DNA of 32,000 nt. Origin: Candidatus Pelagibacter sp. HTCC7211. Its GTDB lineage: Bacteria; Pseudomonadota; Alphaproteobacteria; Pelagibacterales; Pelagibacteraceae. Location of the stretch: contig NZ_DS995298.1 in assembly GCF_000155895.1 (NCBI RefSeq), positions 630,001 to 662,000 of the forward strand, read 5' to 3'. Positions 9,562-19,257 of this stretch are shown piece after piece (position 1 is the first letter of the stretch; each line of letters begins with the position of its first letter). The notes under the pieces are model-generated. The model made no database searches. It saw only the letters and a list, made by a program, of their open reading frames with translations, and was not told the origin of the DNA. The position numbers were made by a program, and so were the translations under genes.

Positions 9562-12194
9562 AAAAAAATATTATAAAATATCTTTCAATTTCATTAGGTC
9601 TAATTATTGTACTTATCATTTACTTTAGTTTTATCGGCATACAAACTGATAGATTTAACAACCAGATAAAAGAAAGACTATCTAAATATAATAGCAATTT
9701 AGACGTTAATTTAAAAAAAATTAAATTAACACTCGATCCTTTAAATTTTAAGTTTAATGCAAAAACAATAGGCGCAAAAGTAATATATAAAAAAAGAAAT
9801 ATAGAACTTGAGTCTATTAAAACACAAATCTCAATAAACTCATTAATAAAAAATAAAATTGTTTCTTCTAATTTAATTATTTCAACTAAATCAATATTAT
9901 TGAAGGATCTTGTTGGATTTTTAAGGGCGACAACAAATAAAACAGAATTGTTTTTTTTAGAAAAAGCGATTGATAAAGGATTTGCTATTATAGATTTAGA
10001 GGTAAATTTTGATGAAAATGGAAAAATAAAAAAAGATTATAAAGTTAAAGGATTGTTAAAAGATGGAAAAATAAATTTGTTAAATGATTTTAATATTAAG
10101 AATATAAATTTTTTACTTAATATTGAAAATGATAATTTTGATTTGAGCGATATAAGTTTTACAACAAATAAGATTGATTTATTTTCTAATAATCTAAAAA
10201 TAAAAAGAAAACAGGATAAATTTTTTATAAGCGGTGATATTGAAAATAATAATTCTAAGCTGAATAATAAATTTCTTAATCTACTGAGATTAAGTAATCA
10301 TGATATCAATTTTAACAATGCAGAGATTTCCTCAAAAAATAAATTTTCTTTTATTATTGATAATAAATTTAATTATGAAAATTTATTTGTAAATTCAGAA
10401 ATATCACTTGATAAAGCAGAGTATGAAAAACCAAAACTGCTAAGTAAATATTTAACTGAAGTAAAAAATGTAATAAATTTAAGAAAACATAAGATAAAAG
10501 CTACATTCAAAGACAATAGTTTATCACTGATTGGATCAGGAAAAATTCAACTAGAAAAAGAGTATGATGACATTGATTATTCTATTTCTCAATCTGGAGA
10601 CAAAGTAAATATAGACTCAAATATTAAATTAAGTGGATTAAATATAAAAAGTCAAAAAAATTTAAAAACATTTTTCCCAAAAATTAATGAAGTTTTAAAT
10701 TTAAAAGATCATCAAATTAATATTAAATTTAAAGACAATAGTTTATCACTGATTGGATCAGGAAAAATTCAACTAGAAAAAGAGTATGATGACATTGATT
10801 ATTCTATTTCTCAATCTGGAGACAAAGTAAATATAGACTCAAATATTAAATTAAGTGGATTAAATATAAAAAGTCAAAAAAATTTAAAAACATTTTTCCC
10901 AAAAATTAATGAAGTTTTAAATTTAAAAGATCATCAAATTAATATTAAATTTAAAGACAATAGTTTATCACTGATTGGATCAGGAAAAATTCAACTAGAA
11001 AAAGAGTATGATGACATTGATTATTCTATTTCTCAATCTGGAGACAAAGTAAATTTTGATACAAAATTTATCATAAGCAAAACTCAATTTGAAGTTGAAC
11101 GAATAAATTTTAGCAATGATGGAAAGTCAAAATTACAATTAGAAGTTTCTGGAAATCATATAAGAAAAAATGATTTATCTATTGATAAATTATTAATCAC
11201 AACAAAAAATGATAAACTTGGAATGAATAACCTCTTAGTTGACAAATATCATAGAATTGTAAAATTTGATGAAATATCTCTTAATTATTTCGATAATGAA
11301 GATAAAAAAAATCATATTTTAATTAAAAGAAAACAAAAAAATAATTATGAATTAAATGGAACATTGTTTAATGCTAATAGCTTAATTTCAGATTTACTGA
11401 AAAGTAAAGATGATAAACATGCTAGGATTTTTAAAAACAATATTAATTTCACTCTCAATTTAAAAGATGTGTATTTAGATAATGAGAATATAATTAGTGA
11501 TTTAAAAGGAAATTTCTACATTGAAAACAATAAAATTCATCAGGCAAACATTTCAGCTTTTTTTGATAATAATGAAAAATTAACATTTACTATTAATACA
11601 AACAATGATGAAAAAATTACAACTCTATTTTCTTCAAAGGCAAAACCTCTTGTAAAGAGATATAAATTTATCAAAGGCTATGAAGATGGATATTTAGATT
11701 TTTATTCTTCAAAAATAAATAATATTTCAAAATCAAAACTTAAGATTTATGACTTTAAACTCATGGAGCTTCCAGTTCTAACTAAACTTTTAACCCTTGC
11801 ATCATTACAAGGAATTGCAGATTTATTAACAGGAGAAGGCATAAGATTTGATGAAATGGAAATGAATTTCAAAAATAGTTCTAATTTAATGACTATAGAT
11901 GAGCTTTATGCAATTGGTCCTGCTATTTCAATATTGATGAGCGGTTATATAGAGGAAGAAAAACTTGTTAGTTTGAGAGGAACATTAGTACCCGCAACGA
12001 CGATTAATAAAACTGTTAGTTCAATACCGGTTTTAGGTAAAATTTTAGTTGGTGATAAAACAGGTGAAGGAGTATTTGGAGTTAGTTTTAAAATTAAAGG
12101 AAAACCAAAAGATCTTAAAACAACAGTAAATCCGATTAAAACATTAACACCAAGATTTATTACAAGAACATTAGAAAAGATTAAAAAGAATTAA
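9558..12194 (+). CDS. YhdP/AsmA-like large envelope protein (N-terminal membrane anchor, beta-rich repeats, AsmA/DUF3971-type C-terminus)
   Basis: 878 aa. ATGA overlap with the prfB stop. N-terminal TM helix (LSISLGLIIVLIIYFSFIG), then a long Asn/Lys/Ile-rich beta-type region. The C-terminal block LPVLTKLLTLASLQG...GIRFDEMEMNF...MSGYI.....LRGTLVPATTINK..S.IPVLGKIL...FKIKGKPKDLKTTVNP resembles the YhdP/AsmA C-terminal region as I remember it. The CDS is solid; the family call is moderate. Confidence 0.6.
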   Translation: MKKNIIKYLSISLGLIIVLIIYFSFIGIQTDRFNNQIKERLSKYNSNLDVNLKKIKLTLDPLNFKFNAKTIGAKVIYKKRNIELESIKTQISINSLIKNKIVSSNLIISTKSILLKDLVGFLRATTNKTELFFLEKAIDKGFAIIDLEVNFDENGKIKKDYKVKGLLKDGKINLLNDFNIKNINFLLNIENDNFDLSDISFTTNKIDLFSNNLKIKRKQDKFFISGDIENNNSKLNNKFLNLLRLSNHDINFNNAEISSKNKFSFIIDNKFNYENLFVNSEISLDKAEYEKPKLLSKYLTEVKNVINLRKHKIKATFKDNSLSLIGSGKIQLEKEYDDIDYSISQSGDKVNIDSNIKLSGLNIKSQKNLKTFFPKINEVLNLKDHQINIKFKDNSLSLIGSGKIQLEKEYDDIDYSISQSGDKVNIDSNIKLSGLNIKSQKNLKTFFPKINEVLNLKDHQINIKFKDNSLSLIGSGKIQLEKEYDDIDYSISQSGDKVNFDTKFIISKTQFEVERINFSNDGKSKLQLEVSGNHIRKNDLSIDKLLITTKNDKLGMNNLLVDKYHRIVKFDEISLNYFDNEDKKNHILIKRKQKNNYELNGTLFNANSLISDLLKSKDDKHARIFKNNINFTLNLKDVYLDNENIISDLKGNFYIENNKIHQANISAFFDNNEKLTFTINTNNDEKITTLFSSKAKPLVKRYKFIKGYEDGYLDFYSSKINNISKSKLKIYDFKLMELPVLTKLLTLASLQGIADLLTGEGIRFDEMEMNFKNSSNLMTIDELYAIGPAISILMSGYIEEEKLVSLRGTLVPATTINKTVSSIPVLGKILVGDKTGEGVFGVSFKIKGKPKDLKTTVNPIKTLTPRFITRTLEKIKKN
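10509..11054 (+). repeat. perfect in-frame tandem repeat, 222-bp (74-codon) unit, about 2.46 copies
   Basis: Copies start at 10509, 10731 and 10953. Copies 1 and 2 are identical base for base over 222 bp by direct reading. Copy 3 is identical for 102 bp until 11054, where aaat|atagac becomes aaat|tttgat. The unit encodes KDNSLSLIGSGKIQLEKEYDDIDYSISQSGDKVNIDSNIKLSGLNIKSQKNLKTFFPKINEVLNLKDHQINIKF. Confidence 0.97.
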
Positions 12195-13420
12195 CTAATC
12201 AAAATTTTTAAGTGTCTTTTTTTTCCAATTGATAATTTAAGATAGTCTTCCTTAAAAAAATCATGATTAATAATTAATTTTTCATCTGAAATGATTTCAT
12301 CATTAATTTTAATTGCATTGCCTTTAATTAATCTTCGAATTTCACTCTTAGAATTTTCTAATTTAGATAAAATTACTAAATCTATAATACCAAGTTTTTT
12401 TTCAAAATCCTCTTTACTAATTTTAATTGATGGTGAATTTGATCCAAGTGAATTTCCTGAAAATGCTTCTCTAGCAGCTTGTTCTGACTCTTTTGCAGCT
12501 TTTTGACCATGCAACATTGTAGTTGCTTCATTTGCTAATAAAGTTTTCAATTCATTAATATCTTTTTCTTTAACTTTATTAATTTCTGCAATCTCTAAAT
12601 CTGTAAAAAATTTTAAAAATTTTACTACATCTCTATCATCTGTATTTCTCCAAAATTGCCAGTAGTCATATGCGGGCAAATATTTTTCATCTAACCAAAT
12701 TGCTCCATTTTCTGTTTTACCCATTTTAGCACCTGATGCTAATGTAATTAAAGGTGTTGTTAATCCAAATCCTTGTTTGTTAGAATACTTTTTTATAAGG
12801 TCTACACCATTAACAATATTACCCCATTGATCAGATCCACCAATTTGTAAAGCACAATTTTCATTTTTATTTAATTCTAAAAAATCGTAAGCTTGTAATA
12901 TCATGTAGTTAAATTCCATATAACTTAATGATTGCTCTCTTTCTAATCTTGTTTTTACACTATCAAAAGTTAACATTTTATTTATTGTAAAATGTTTTCC
13001 GATATCACGTAAAAAGGAAATATAATTTAAATCTTTGAGCCAAGTATAGTTATTTACAAAAATTGGTTTTGTATCCGAATTATCATTATCTAAAAATTTT
13101 TTTAAAATATTTTGAATATTTTCAATATTTTTTTCAATCTCATCTTCATCTAAAATTTTTCTGGTTTTATCTTTTCCTGATGGATCACCTATTCTTGTTG
13201 TACCTCCACCAAGTAATACAATTGGTCTATGGCCATTTTTTTGAAGTAATCTAAGACACATTATTTGTAATAAACTACCCACATGCAAACTTTCAGCGGT
13301 ACAATCAAAACCAATGTAACCCTTAATCTTCTCTTTATCCATTAAATCAGATAACTCAGTTTCATTAGTACATTGATAGAAAAAACCTCTATCTTTAAAT
13401 TCTTTTAAAAATTTATTCAT
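12191..13420 (-). CDS. tyrS: tyrosine--tRNA ligase
   Basis: 409 aa. Class I motifs HVGSL (HIGH-type) and KMGKT (KMSKS-type), GGSDQWGNI, C-terminal S4-like domain. Confidence 0.95.
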   Translation of the reverse strand: MNKFLKEFKDRGFFYQCTNETELSDLMDKEKIKGYIGFDCTAESLHVGSLLQIMCLRLLQKNGHRPIVLLGGGTTRIGDPSGKDKTRKILDEDEIEKNIENIQNILKKFLDNDNSDTKPIFVNNYTWLKDLNYISFLRDIGKHFTINKMLTFDSVKTRLEREQSLSYMEFNYMILQAYDFLELNKNENCALQIGGSDQWGNIVNGVDLIKKYSNKQGFGLTTPLITLASGAKMGKTENGAIWLDEKYLPAYDYWQFWRNTDDRDVVKFLKFFTDLEIAEINKVKEKDINELKTLLANEATTMLHGQKAAKESEQAAREAFSGNSLGSNSPSIKISKEDFEKKLGIIDLVILSKLENSKSEIRRLIKGNAIKINDEIISDEKLIINHDFFKEDYLKLSIGKKRHLKILIS

Positions 13421-13465
13421 AAGATTATAGTTACAATATACAAATTTTTTTTAAAAAGAATATCA

Positions 13466-14614
13466 ATGAATAATAAATTATATACTGCTATTGGATTAAT
13501 GAGCGGTACTTCTATGGACGGTGTTGATGCATCTTTGATAAGATCAAATGGAATTGATAAATTTACTAAAATTTTAAATGAATATCATGAATATGATAAC
13601 AGCCTTCATCAACGGTTAATTGACTTAAGAAATCTCATTTTAAATTTTGAAGATTTAGAGAAATATTCGTCAAAAATTAATGAAATAGAGAGAGAAATTA
13701 CAATATTTCATGGCAAAATTATCAACCAAATATCACTAAAATATGATGATAAAATTGACTTAATTGGATTTCATGGACAAACAATTTACCACAACCCTGG
13801 AAAAAAAATTACCAAGCAACTTGGTGATGGTAAATTACTATCTCAGTTAATTAAAAAGAAAGTTATTTTTGATTTTAGACAAGAAGATATTAAAAATAAT
13901 GGTCAAGGTGCACCTTTAACACCTATTTTTCATAATCTTGTATCAAAGTATATAAATAAGCAAAATCAAATTCAATTCCCAATTGGTTTTATCAATATTG
14001 GTGGAATTTCAAATATTACAAAAGTATTAAGAGGAAACGGAAAAATAGAGGAAAATCTTGAAGCTTTTGACTCAGGTCCTGGTAATTGTTTAATTGATGA
14101 ATGGATAAGAGTAAATTCAAAAAAAAAATTTGATAAAGACGGTCTTATAGCTCAATCTGGAAAAATTGATCAATTAATACTAAATCAGGCAATAGATAAT
14201 TTTGAAATTCAATCGTATGACAAATCGTTAGACATTAAAAATTTTGATACATCTTTTGCTCGTGGATTGTCATTTGAAGTTGGATGTGCAACTATCACAA
14301 GTTTTACAGCATATTTAATTGCAAAAGGAATTGAATACTCAAATAAAGATAAAAGTAAAAATATCAAATATTTAATATGTGGCGGGGGAAGGAAAAATAA
14401 TTTTCTAATTAATTGTATTAAAGATTATTCTTCAAACCAAACAAATATAAGTTTAGATATAATTGATAATTATAAATACGATGGAGATTATATTGAGTCA
14501 CAAGCATTTGGTTATCTTGCAATTAGATCTTTTTTAAATTTGCCAATATCATTTCCAAAAACTACAGGTTGTGATAAGCCAACGGTTGGAGGAAAGATAG
14601 TTGAAAATTTTTAA
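13466..14614 (+). CDS. anmK: anhydro-N-acetylmuramic acid kinase
   Basis: 382 aa. GLMSGTSMDGVDA N-terminal motif, HGQT..H, NIGGISN, FD.GPGN.LID.W. Confidence 0.92.
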   Translation: MNNKLYTAIGLMSGTSMDGVDASLIRSNGIDKFTKILNEYHEYDNSLHQRLIDLRNLILNFEDLEKYSSKINEIEREITIFHGKIINQISLKYDDKIDLIGFHGQTIYHNPGKKITKQLGDGKLLSQLIKKKVIFDFRQEDIKNNGQGAPLTPIFHNLVSKYINKQNQIQFPIGFINIGGISNITKVLRGNGKIEENLEAFDSGPGNCLIDEWIRVNSKKKFDKDGLIAQSGKIDQLILNQAIDNFEIQSYDKSLDIKNFDTSFARGLSFEVGCATITSFTAYLIAKGIEYSNKDKSKNIKYLICGGGRKNNFLINCIKDYSSNQTNISLDIIDNYKYDGDYIESQAFGYLAIRSFLNLPISFPKTTGCDKPTVGGKIVENF

Positions 14615-15271
14615 TTAATATAAAGCTGTTTCTTTTTTTATATATTTGTCTAAATTTTTTACCAATTCATTTTCTGTTTTTGAAAAAAAATGATTTGCAT
14701 CACCAACTGCTTGAAACTCTACTTTAATACCTTTTTGTGCACTTAATCTTTTATCTAGTTCTGTAATATATTCCAAAGGAACAAGCTCATCTTTTTTTCC
14801 ATATATCATTAAGCCTGATGTTGGACATGGTGATAAAAAAGAAAAATCATAAACATTAGGTTGAGGAGAGATTGCAATAAATCTATTTATTTCAGGTCTT
14901 CTCATTAACAATTGCATTGCAATTAAAGAACCAAAAGAAAATCCAGATACCCAACATTGTGAATTATCAAAGTTTTCTCTTTCTAACCAGTCTAATGCAG
15001 CTGCTGCGTCTGCTAATTCACCTTGACCATTATCAAATTCTCCATCACTTTTTCCAACACCTCTAAAATTAACTCTACAAACTGAAAAGTCATTATCCAT
15101 AAATGTGTGAAAAGTATCTACAACCACTTTATTATTCATCGTTCCACCATATTGAGGATGAGGTTGTAAGACTAATGCAATTGGAGATGTATTTTTTTTA
15201 CTCTTGTAATATTTAGCTTCAAGTCTTCCAGCTGGTCCTGGAATGAATATTTCTAATATTTTATTATCCAT
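14615..15271 (-). CDS. alpha/beta hydrolase (COG2945-like)
   Basis: 218 aa. G.L.....HPHP.YGGTM.NKVV, FNFRGVG.S.G.FD.G.GE..DA pattern, nucleophile elbow GFSFGS. Confidence 0.75.
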   Translation of the reverse strand: MDNKILEIFIPGPAGRLEAKYYKSKKNTSPIALVLQPHPQYGGTMNNKVVVDTFHTFMDNDFSVCRVNFRGVGKSDGEFDNGQGELADAAAALDWLERENFDNSQCWVSGFSFGSLIAMQLLMRRPEINRFIAISPQPNVYDFSFLSPCPTSGLMIYGKKDELVPLEYITELDKRLSAQKGIKVEFQAVGDANHFFSKTENELVKNLDKYIKKETALY

Positions 15272-15353
15272 GTGCGATATTGATTATTATTCTCAAAAAA
15301 AAGTTACGTTTATCATAACTGAGCGACAATATGTTAACTTTTTTTTTAAAACT

Positions 15354-15378
15354 ATACTTGACCAATTTAGTCAGGTAT
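15354..15378 (+). promoter_or_regulatory. IscR type-1-like operator
   Basis: ATACTTGACCAATTTAGTCAGGTAT matches the E. coli IscR type-1 consensus ATASYYGACTRWWWYAGTCRRSTAT (quoted from memory) at 24 of 25 positions. It is an imperfect 9-7-9 palindrome, 31 bp upstream of the Rrf2/IscR start codon. Confidence 0.7.
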
Positions 15379-15385
15379 GTATAAA
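15358..15385 (+). promoter_or_regulatory. putative sigma-70 promoter of the iscR-suf operon
   Basis: -35 TTGACC (15358..15363), 16-nt spacer, -10 TATAAA (15380..15385). AAGGG lies 4-5 nt before the ATG at 15409. The -35 element and spacer are covered by the operator. Confidence 0.5.
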
Positions 15386-15408
15386 AAACCACAAATTTAA
15401 AGGGTAAT

Positions 15409-15834
15409 ATGAAACTGACTTCAAAAGGTAGATATGCTGTAATGGCATTAGTTGACTTAGCTAGGTTTGATAACATCAATCCAGTATCTCTAAGAGATAT
15501 ATCTTTAAGACAAGGTATCTCGCTTGATTATCTTGAGCAAATTTTTTCTAAATTAAAAAAAGATCAAATTGTTAAAAGTATTAGAGGAACACAAGGGGGT
15601 TATGTTTTATCTAAAAAACCAAATGAAATAAAACTTACTAATATATTTCATGCAGTTGATGAAAAAGTTAAAACTGTACAATGCAAAAAAGAGTCTAAAA
15701 AAGGATGTAATGGTAAGGCAACCAAGTGTGTAACACACAATCTTTGGGATGAATTAGAAAATCATATTAACAGTTTTTTCGACAAAAAAAGTTTAGAAGA
15801 TTTGTTAAAATCTAGCACTGAGAACAGAATATAA
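15409..15834 (+). CDS. iscR: Rrf2-family Fe-S cluster regulator (IscR-like)
   Basis: 141 aa. [18 protein letters not shown] wHTH N-terminus. Cys cluster C-x7-C-x6-C-x2-H ([21 protein letters not shown]) resembles the IscR [2Fe-2S] ligand set. First gene of the suf operon. Confidence 0.85.
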   Translation: MKLTSKGRYAVMALVDLARFDNINPVSLRDISLRQGISLDYLEQIFSKLKKDQIVKSIRGTQGGYVLSKKPNEIKLTNIFHAVDEKVKTVQCKKESKKGCNGKATKCVTHNLWDELENHINSFFDKKSLEDLLKSSTENRI

Positions 15835-15835
15835 A

Positions 15836-17278
15836 ATGGATAATAGACAAAAAGAAATAGAAAATTTAAAAGATTACAAATACGGTTTTTCAACTGATAT
15901 TGAAAACACTAGAGCTCCAAAAGGATTAAATGAGGATGTAATAAAATTTATCTCAAATATCAAGAAGGAACCTTCATGGATGCTTGAATTTAGATTAAAA
16001 GCTTTTGAAAGATTTAAACAACTTAAAGAGCCAGATTGGCAAAAACCCAAATACCCAAAAATTGATTATCAAGATTTATATTATTATTCAGCACCAAAAA
16101 GTATGGATGATAAACCAAAAAGTCTAGATGAACTAGATCCAAAACTTTTAGAAACATATAAAAAACTTGGTATCCCTCTTCAAGAACAAGCAAGATTAAA
16201 TGGTATAGCAGTTGATGCAGTATTCGACTCGGTATCAGTTGCCACAACTTTTAGAGAAGAGCTATCTAAATTAGGAATTATCTTTTGCCCTATATCTGAA
16301 GCAATTCAAAACCATCCAGAATTAGTTAAAAAGTATCTAGGATCTGTAATTCCTACAACTGATCATTTTTTTGCCACTCTTAATTCTGCTGTCTTTACAG
16401 ATGGATCATTTGCTTACATACCAGAGGGTGTAAAATGTCCAATGGAACTGTCTACTTATTTTAGAATAAATGCATCAAACACAGGTCAGTTTGAAAGAAC
16501 TTTGATTGTTGCGGATAAAGGAAGTTACGTAAGTTATTTAGAAGGTTGTACGGCACCAATGAGAGATGAAAATCAATTACATGCCGCTAACGTAGAATTA
16601 ATCGCACTTGATGATGCTGAAATAAAATATTCAACAGTTCAAAATTGGTACCCAGGAGATAAAGATGGAAAGGGCGGAATATATAATTTTGTAACTAAGC
16701 GAGGTTTATGTAAAGGTAGAAATTCTAAAATTTCGTGGACTCAAGTTGAAACTGGATCAGCTATCACATGGAAATATCCAAGCTGTATATTAAAAGGTGA
16801 TAACTCAGTTGGAGAATTTTATTCTATTGCAATCACTAATAATCATCAAAAAGCTGATACTGGAACTAAAATGATCCATTTAGGAAAAAATACTAAAAGT
16901 AAAATTATATCAAAAGGAATAAGTGCAGGATTTTCTGATATGACTTATAGAGGGCTTGTGGATATTTCACCTAAAGCTGCAAATTCTAACAATTATACTC
17001 AATGTGACTCACTATTAATGGGTAACAAATGTGGAGCACACACAGTCCCATATATAAAAAATAAGAATTCAGAATCTAATATTGCTCATGAGGCAACAAC
17101 ATCAAAAATAAGTGAAGAGCAGTTACATTATTGTCAACAGAGAGGGTTGAATGCAGAGGAGGCTGTAGGGTTAATAGTGAATGGATTTTGTAAAGAAGTT
17201 TTACAACAGTTGCCTATGGAATTTGCAGTTGAAGCTCAAAAACTTGTAGGAATAAGCTTAGAAGGAAGTGTGGGATAA
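15836..17278 (+). CDS. sufB: Fe-S cluster assembly scaffold protein SufB
   Basis: 480 aa. Typical SufB sequence throughout ([43 protein letters not shown]-type C-terminus). Confidence 0.97.
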   Translation: MDNRQKEIENLKDYKYGFSTDIENTRAPKGLNEDVIKFISNIKKEPSWMLEFRLKAFERFKQLKEPDWQKPKYPKIDYQDLYYYSAPKSMDDKPKSLDELDPKLLETYKKLGIPLQEQARLNGIAVDAVFDSVSVATTFREELSKLGIIFCPISEAIQNHPELVKKYLGSVIPTTDHFFATLNSAVFTDGSFAYIPEGVKCPMELSTYFRINASNTGQFERTLIVADKGSYVSYLEGCTAPMRDENQLHAANVELIALDDAEIKYSTVQNWYPGDKDGKGGIYNFVTKRGLCKGRNSKISWTQVETGSAITWKYPSCILKGDNSVGEFYSIAITNNHQKADTGTKMIHLGKNTKSKIISKGISAGFSDMTYRGLVDISPKAANSNNYTQCDSLLMGNKCGAHTVPYIKNKNSESNIAHEATTSKISEEQLHYCQQRGLNAEEAVGLIVNGFCKEVLQQLPMEFAVEAQKLVGISLEGSVG

Positions 17279-18012
17279 TGTTAAAAATAAATCATTTAAA
17301 AGCAAAAATAGATAACAAAGATATATTAAAAGATCTTTCACTTAATATAAATCCAGGAGAAGTTCATGCTATAATGGGTCCAAATGGATCGGGTAAAAGC
17401 ACATTATCAAATATTTTATCAGGAAAAAAAGGATACGAAGTTTCTGGAGAAATTCTTTTCGAAGATAAGGATTTATTTGAACTTGAAACTGAAGAAAGAG
17501 CTCACAAAGGAATTTTTTTAGCCTTTCAATATCCTTTAGAAATTCCAGGAGTAAATACAAATATATTTTTAAAAACCTCATTAAATGCAGTGAGAAAAGC
17601 AAGAGGTGAAAAAGAACTTGATGCTATTGAATTTCTTAAATTGGTAAAGGAAAAATCAAAAGAACTTAAATTTGATGAAGAAAAATTGAACCGACAATTA
17701 AATGTTGGTTTTTCTGGAGGAGAAAAGAAGAAAAATGAAATTTTACAAATGTCAATGTTGTCTCCTAAGCTATCCATTTTAGACGAAACAGACTCAGGTC
17801 TAGATATTGATGCATTAAAAATTGTAGCAGATGGAGTTAACACTTTAAGAAATGATAAAAATTCATTTCTAATAATTACACACTATCAAAGATTACTTGA
17901 TTACATCAAACCTGATTATGTTCATGTTTTAATGGATGGAAAAATAATTAAATCTGGAGGAGCAGATCTTGCTCTAGAATTAGAAAAAAAAGGATACGAA
18001 AATTTTAATTAA
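17278..18012 (+). CDS. sufC: Fe-S cluster assembly ATPase SufC
   Basis: 244 aa. Walker A GPNGSGKST, signature FSGGEKKK, Walker B LSILDETDSGLD. TAATG overlap with sufB. Confidence 0.97.
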   Translation: MLKINHLKAKIDNKDILKDLSLNINPGEVHAIMGPNGSGKSTLSNILSGKKGYEVSGEILFEDKDLFELETEERAHKGIFLAFQYPLEIPGVNTNIFLKTSLNAVRKARGEKELDAIEFLKLVKEKSKELKFDEEKLNRQLNVGFSGGEKKKNEILQMSMLSPKLSILDETDSGLDIDALKIVADGVNTLRNDKNSFLIITHYQRLLDYIKPDYVHVLMDGKIIKSGGADLALELEKKGYENFN

Positions 18013-19257
18013 ATGAAAGAACAATTACAAAAAGATTTTGATAATATTGTAAAAAATTTAAATTTATCTCAAAAAGATATTGAAATAAAAAAATTTTATT
18101 TAGATAATTTTATTAATAGAGGGTTTCCAAATAGAAGAGAAGAAGATTGGAAATTTTCAGATCTTAATCAAATAATAAAAAAAGATATTGGAGAACTAAG
18201 TTTTTATAGTGATTTTACACACACTAATAAAGTTGATACCTCAGTATTTGTTGATGGTTTAGAGCATAATAAAATAGTTTTTATAAATGGCAGAATTGAA
18301 AAAATTGATTTTGATTATGAGCAAAAAGATAAAATAGAAATAATTGATCAATCTGAAACTATAAATAAATTAAATAATAATTCTTTATCTGATCTAAATC
18401 ATGCATTTACAAATAAATCATTCAAAATATTGGTTAAAAATGGTTATCAATTAGCAAAACCACTTATTATTTATCACACAACTAACTCAAAAATATGGTC
18501 TAAAAACATTAATCTAAGACTAGAATTTGAGCTAGATAAAAATAGCTCCTTACGATTGATTGACTTATTCAATGATACTTCTGAAAAAAATTTTTTAAAT
18601 ATATTCTATAATTTTTATTTAAAAGAAAATGCTATCTTAAAAAACTATAAAGTAGATAGATTTGATAATAAAAATATCAAATACTCGTTTAATAATATTG
18701 AACAAGATAAAGATAGTATCTCGGAAACATTTATTTTATCTGCAGGATCAAATTTTTTTAAAAATGAGATTAATTGTAATTTAAATGGGAAATATTCTTC
18801 TGCTTTTGTAAATGGTATTTTTTCTTTAAATGATAATAAACATCATGAAATAAGAACAATAATAAATCATCTAACCGAAAACACTAAAAGTTATCAATTA
18901 ATAAAAAGTGTTTTAGAAGATAGCGCTAAAGCAGCATATCAAGGCAAAATATTTGTTAATTCTGATGCACAAAAAACTGATGGATATCAGTTAAGTAAAG
19001 CAATTTTATTAAACAAAGAGTCAGAATTTAATGCAAAACCAGAACTAGAAATCTATGCTGATGATGTTAAATGTTCTCACGGCTCAGCCTCAGGTAGCTT
19101 AAATGAAGACTCTATATTTTATTTAATGTCTAGAGGATTAAACTATCAACAATCAAGAGAACTACTTATCAATGGTTTTTTGCTTGATGTAGTAGAAAAA
19201 ATTACTGACCCGGAAATTAAAAATTTAATTAAAAATTTAATAGGAATAAAAGAATGA
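18013..19257 (+). CDS. sufD: Fe-S cluster assembly protein SufD
   Basis: 414 aa. Position between sufC and sufS. C-terminal SufB/D beta-helix motifs (PELEIYADDVKCSHGSASGSL, FYLMSRGL). Confidence 0.9.
   Translation: MKEQLQKDFDNIVKNLNLSQKDIEIKKFYLDNFINRGFPNRREEDWKFSDLNQIIKKDIGELSFYSDFTHTNKVDTSVFVDGLEHNKIVFINGRIEKIDFDYEQKDKIEIIDQSETINKLNNNSLSDLNHAFTNKSFKILVKNGYQLAKPLIIYHTTNSKIWSKNINLRLEFELDKNSSLRLIDLFNDTSEKNFLNIFYNFYLKENAILKNYKVDRFDNKNIKYSFNNIEQDKDSISETFILSAGSNFFKNEINCNLNGKYSSAFVNGIFSLNDNKHHEIRTIINHLTENTKSYQLIKSVLEDSAKAAYQGKIFVNSDAQKTDGYQLSKAILLNKESEFNAKPELEIYADDVKCSHGSASGSLNEDSIFYLMSRGLNYQQSRELLINGFLLDVVEKITDPEIKNLIKNLIGIKE

Noticed and set aside
10509-11054. Could the regularly spaced identical repeats be a CRISPR array or a minisatellite outside genes?
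   Set aside because: The repeats are directly adjacent with no spacers and are 222 bp long. They are in frame within a continuous 878-codon ORF, and the flanks are protein-level paralogues of the unit. This is a coding tandem duplication.
15264-15479. Minus-strand 71-aa ORF spanning the hydrolase/iscR intergenic region
   Set aside because: It overlaps the iscR start and the promoter/operator, has no motifs, and would overlap the hydrolase start. Considered spurious.
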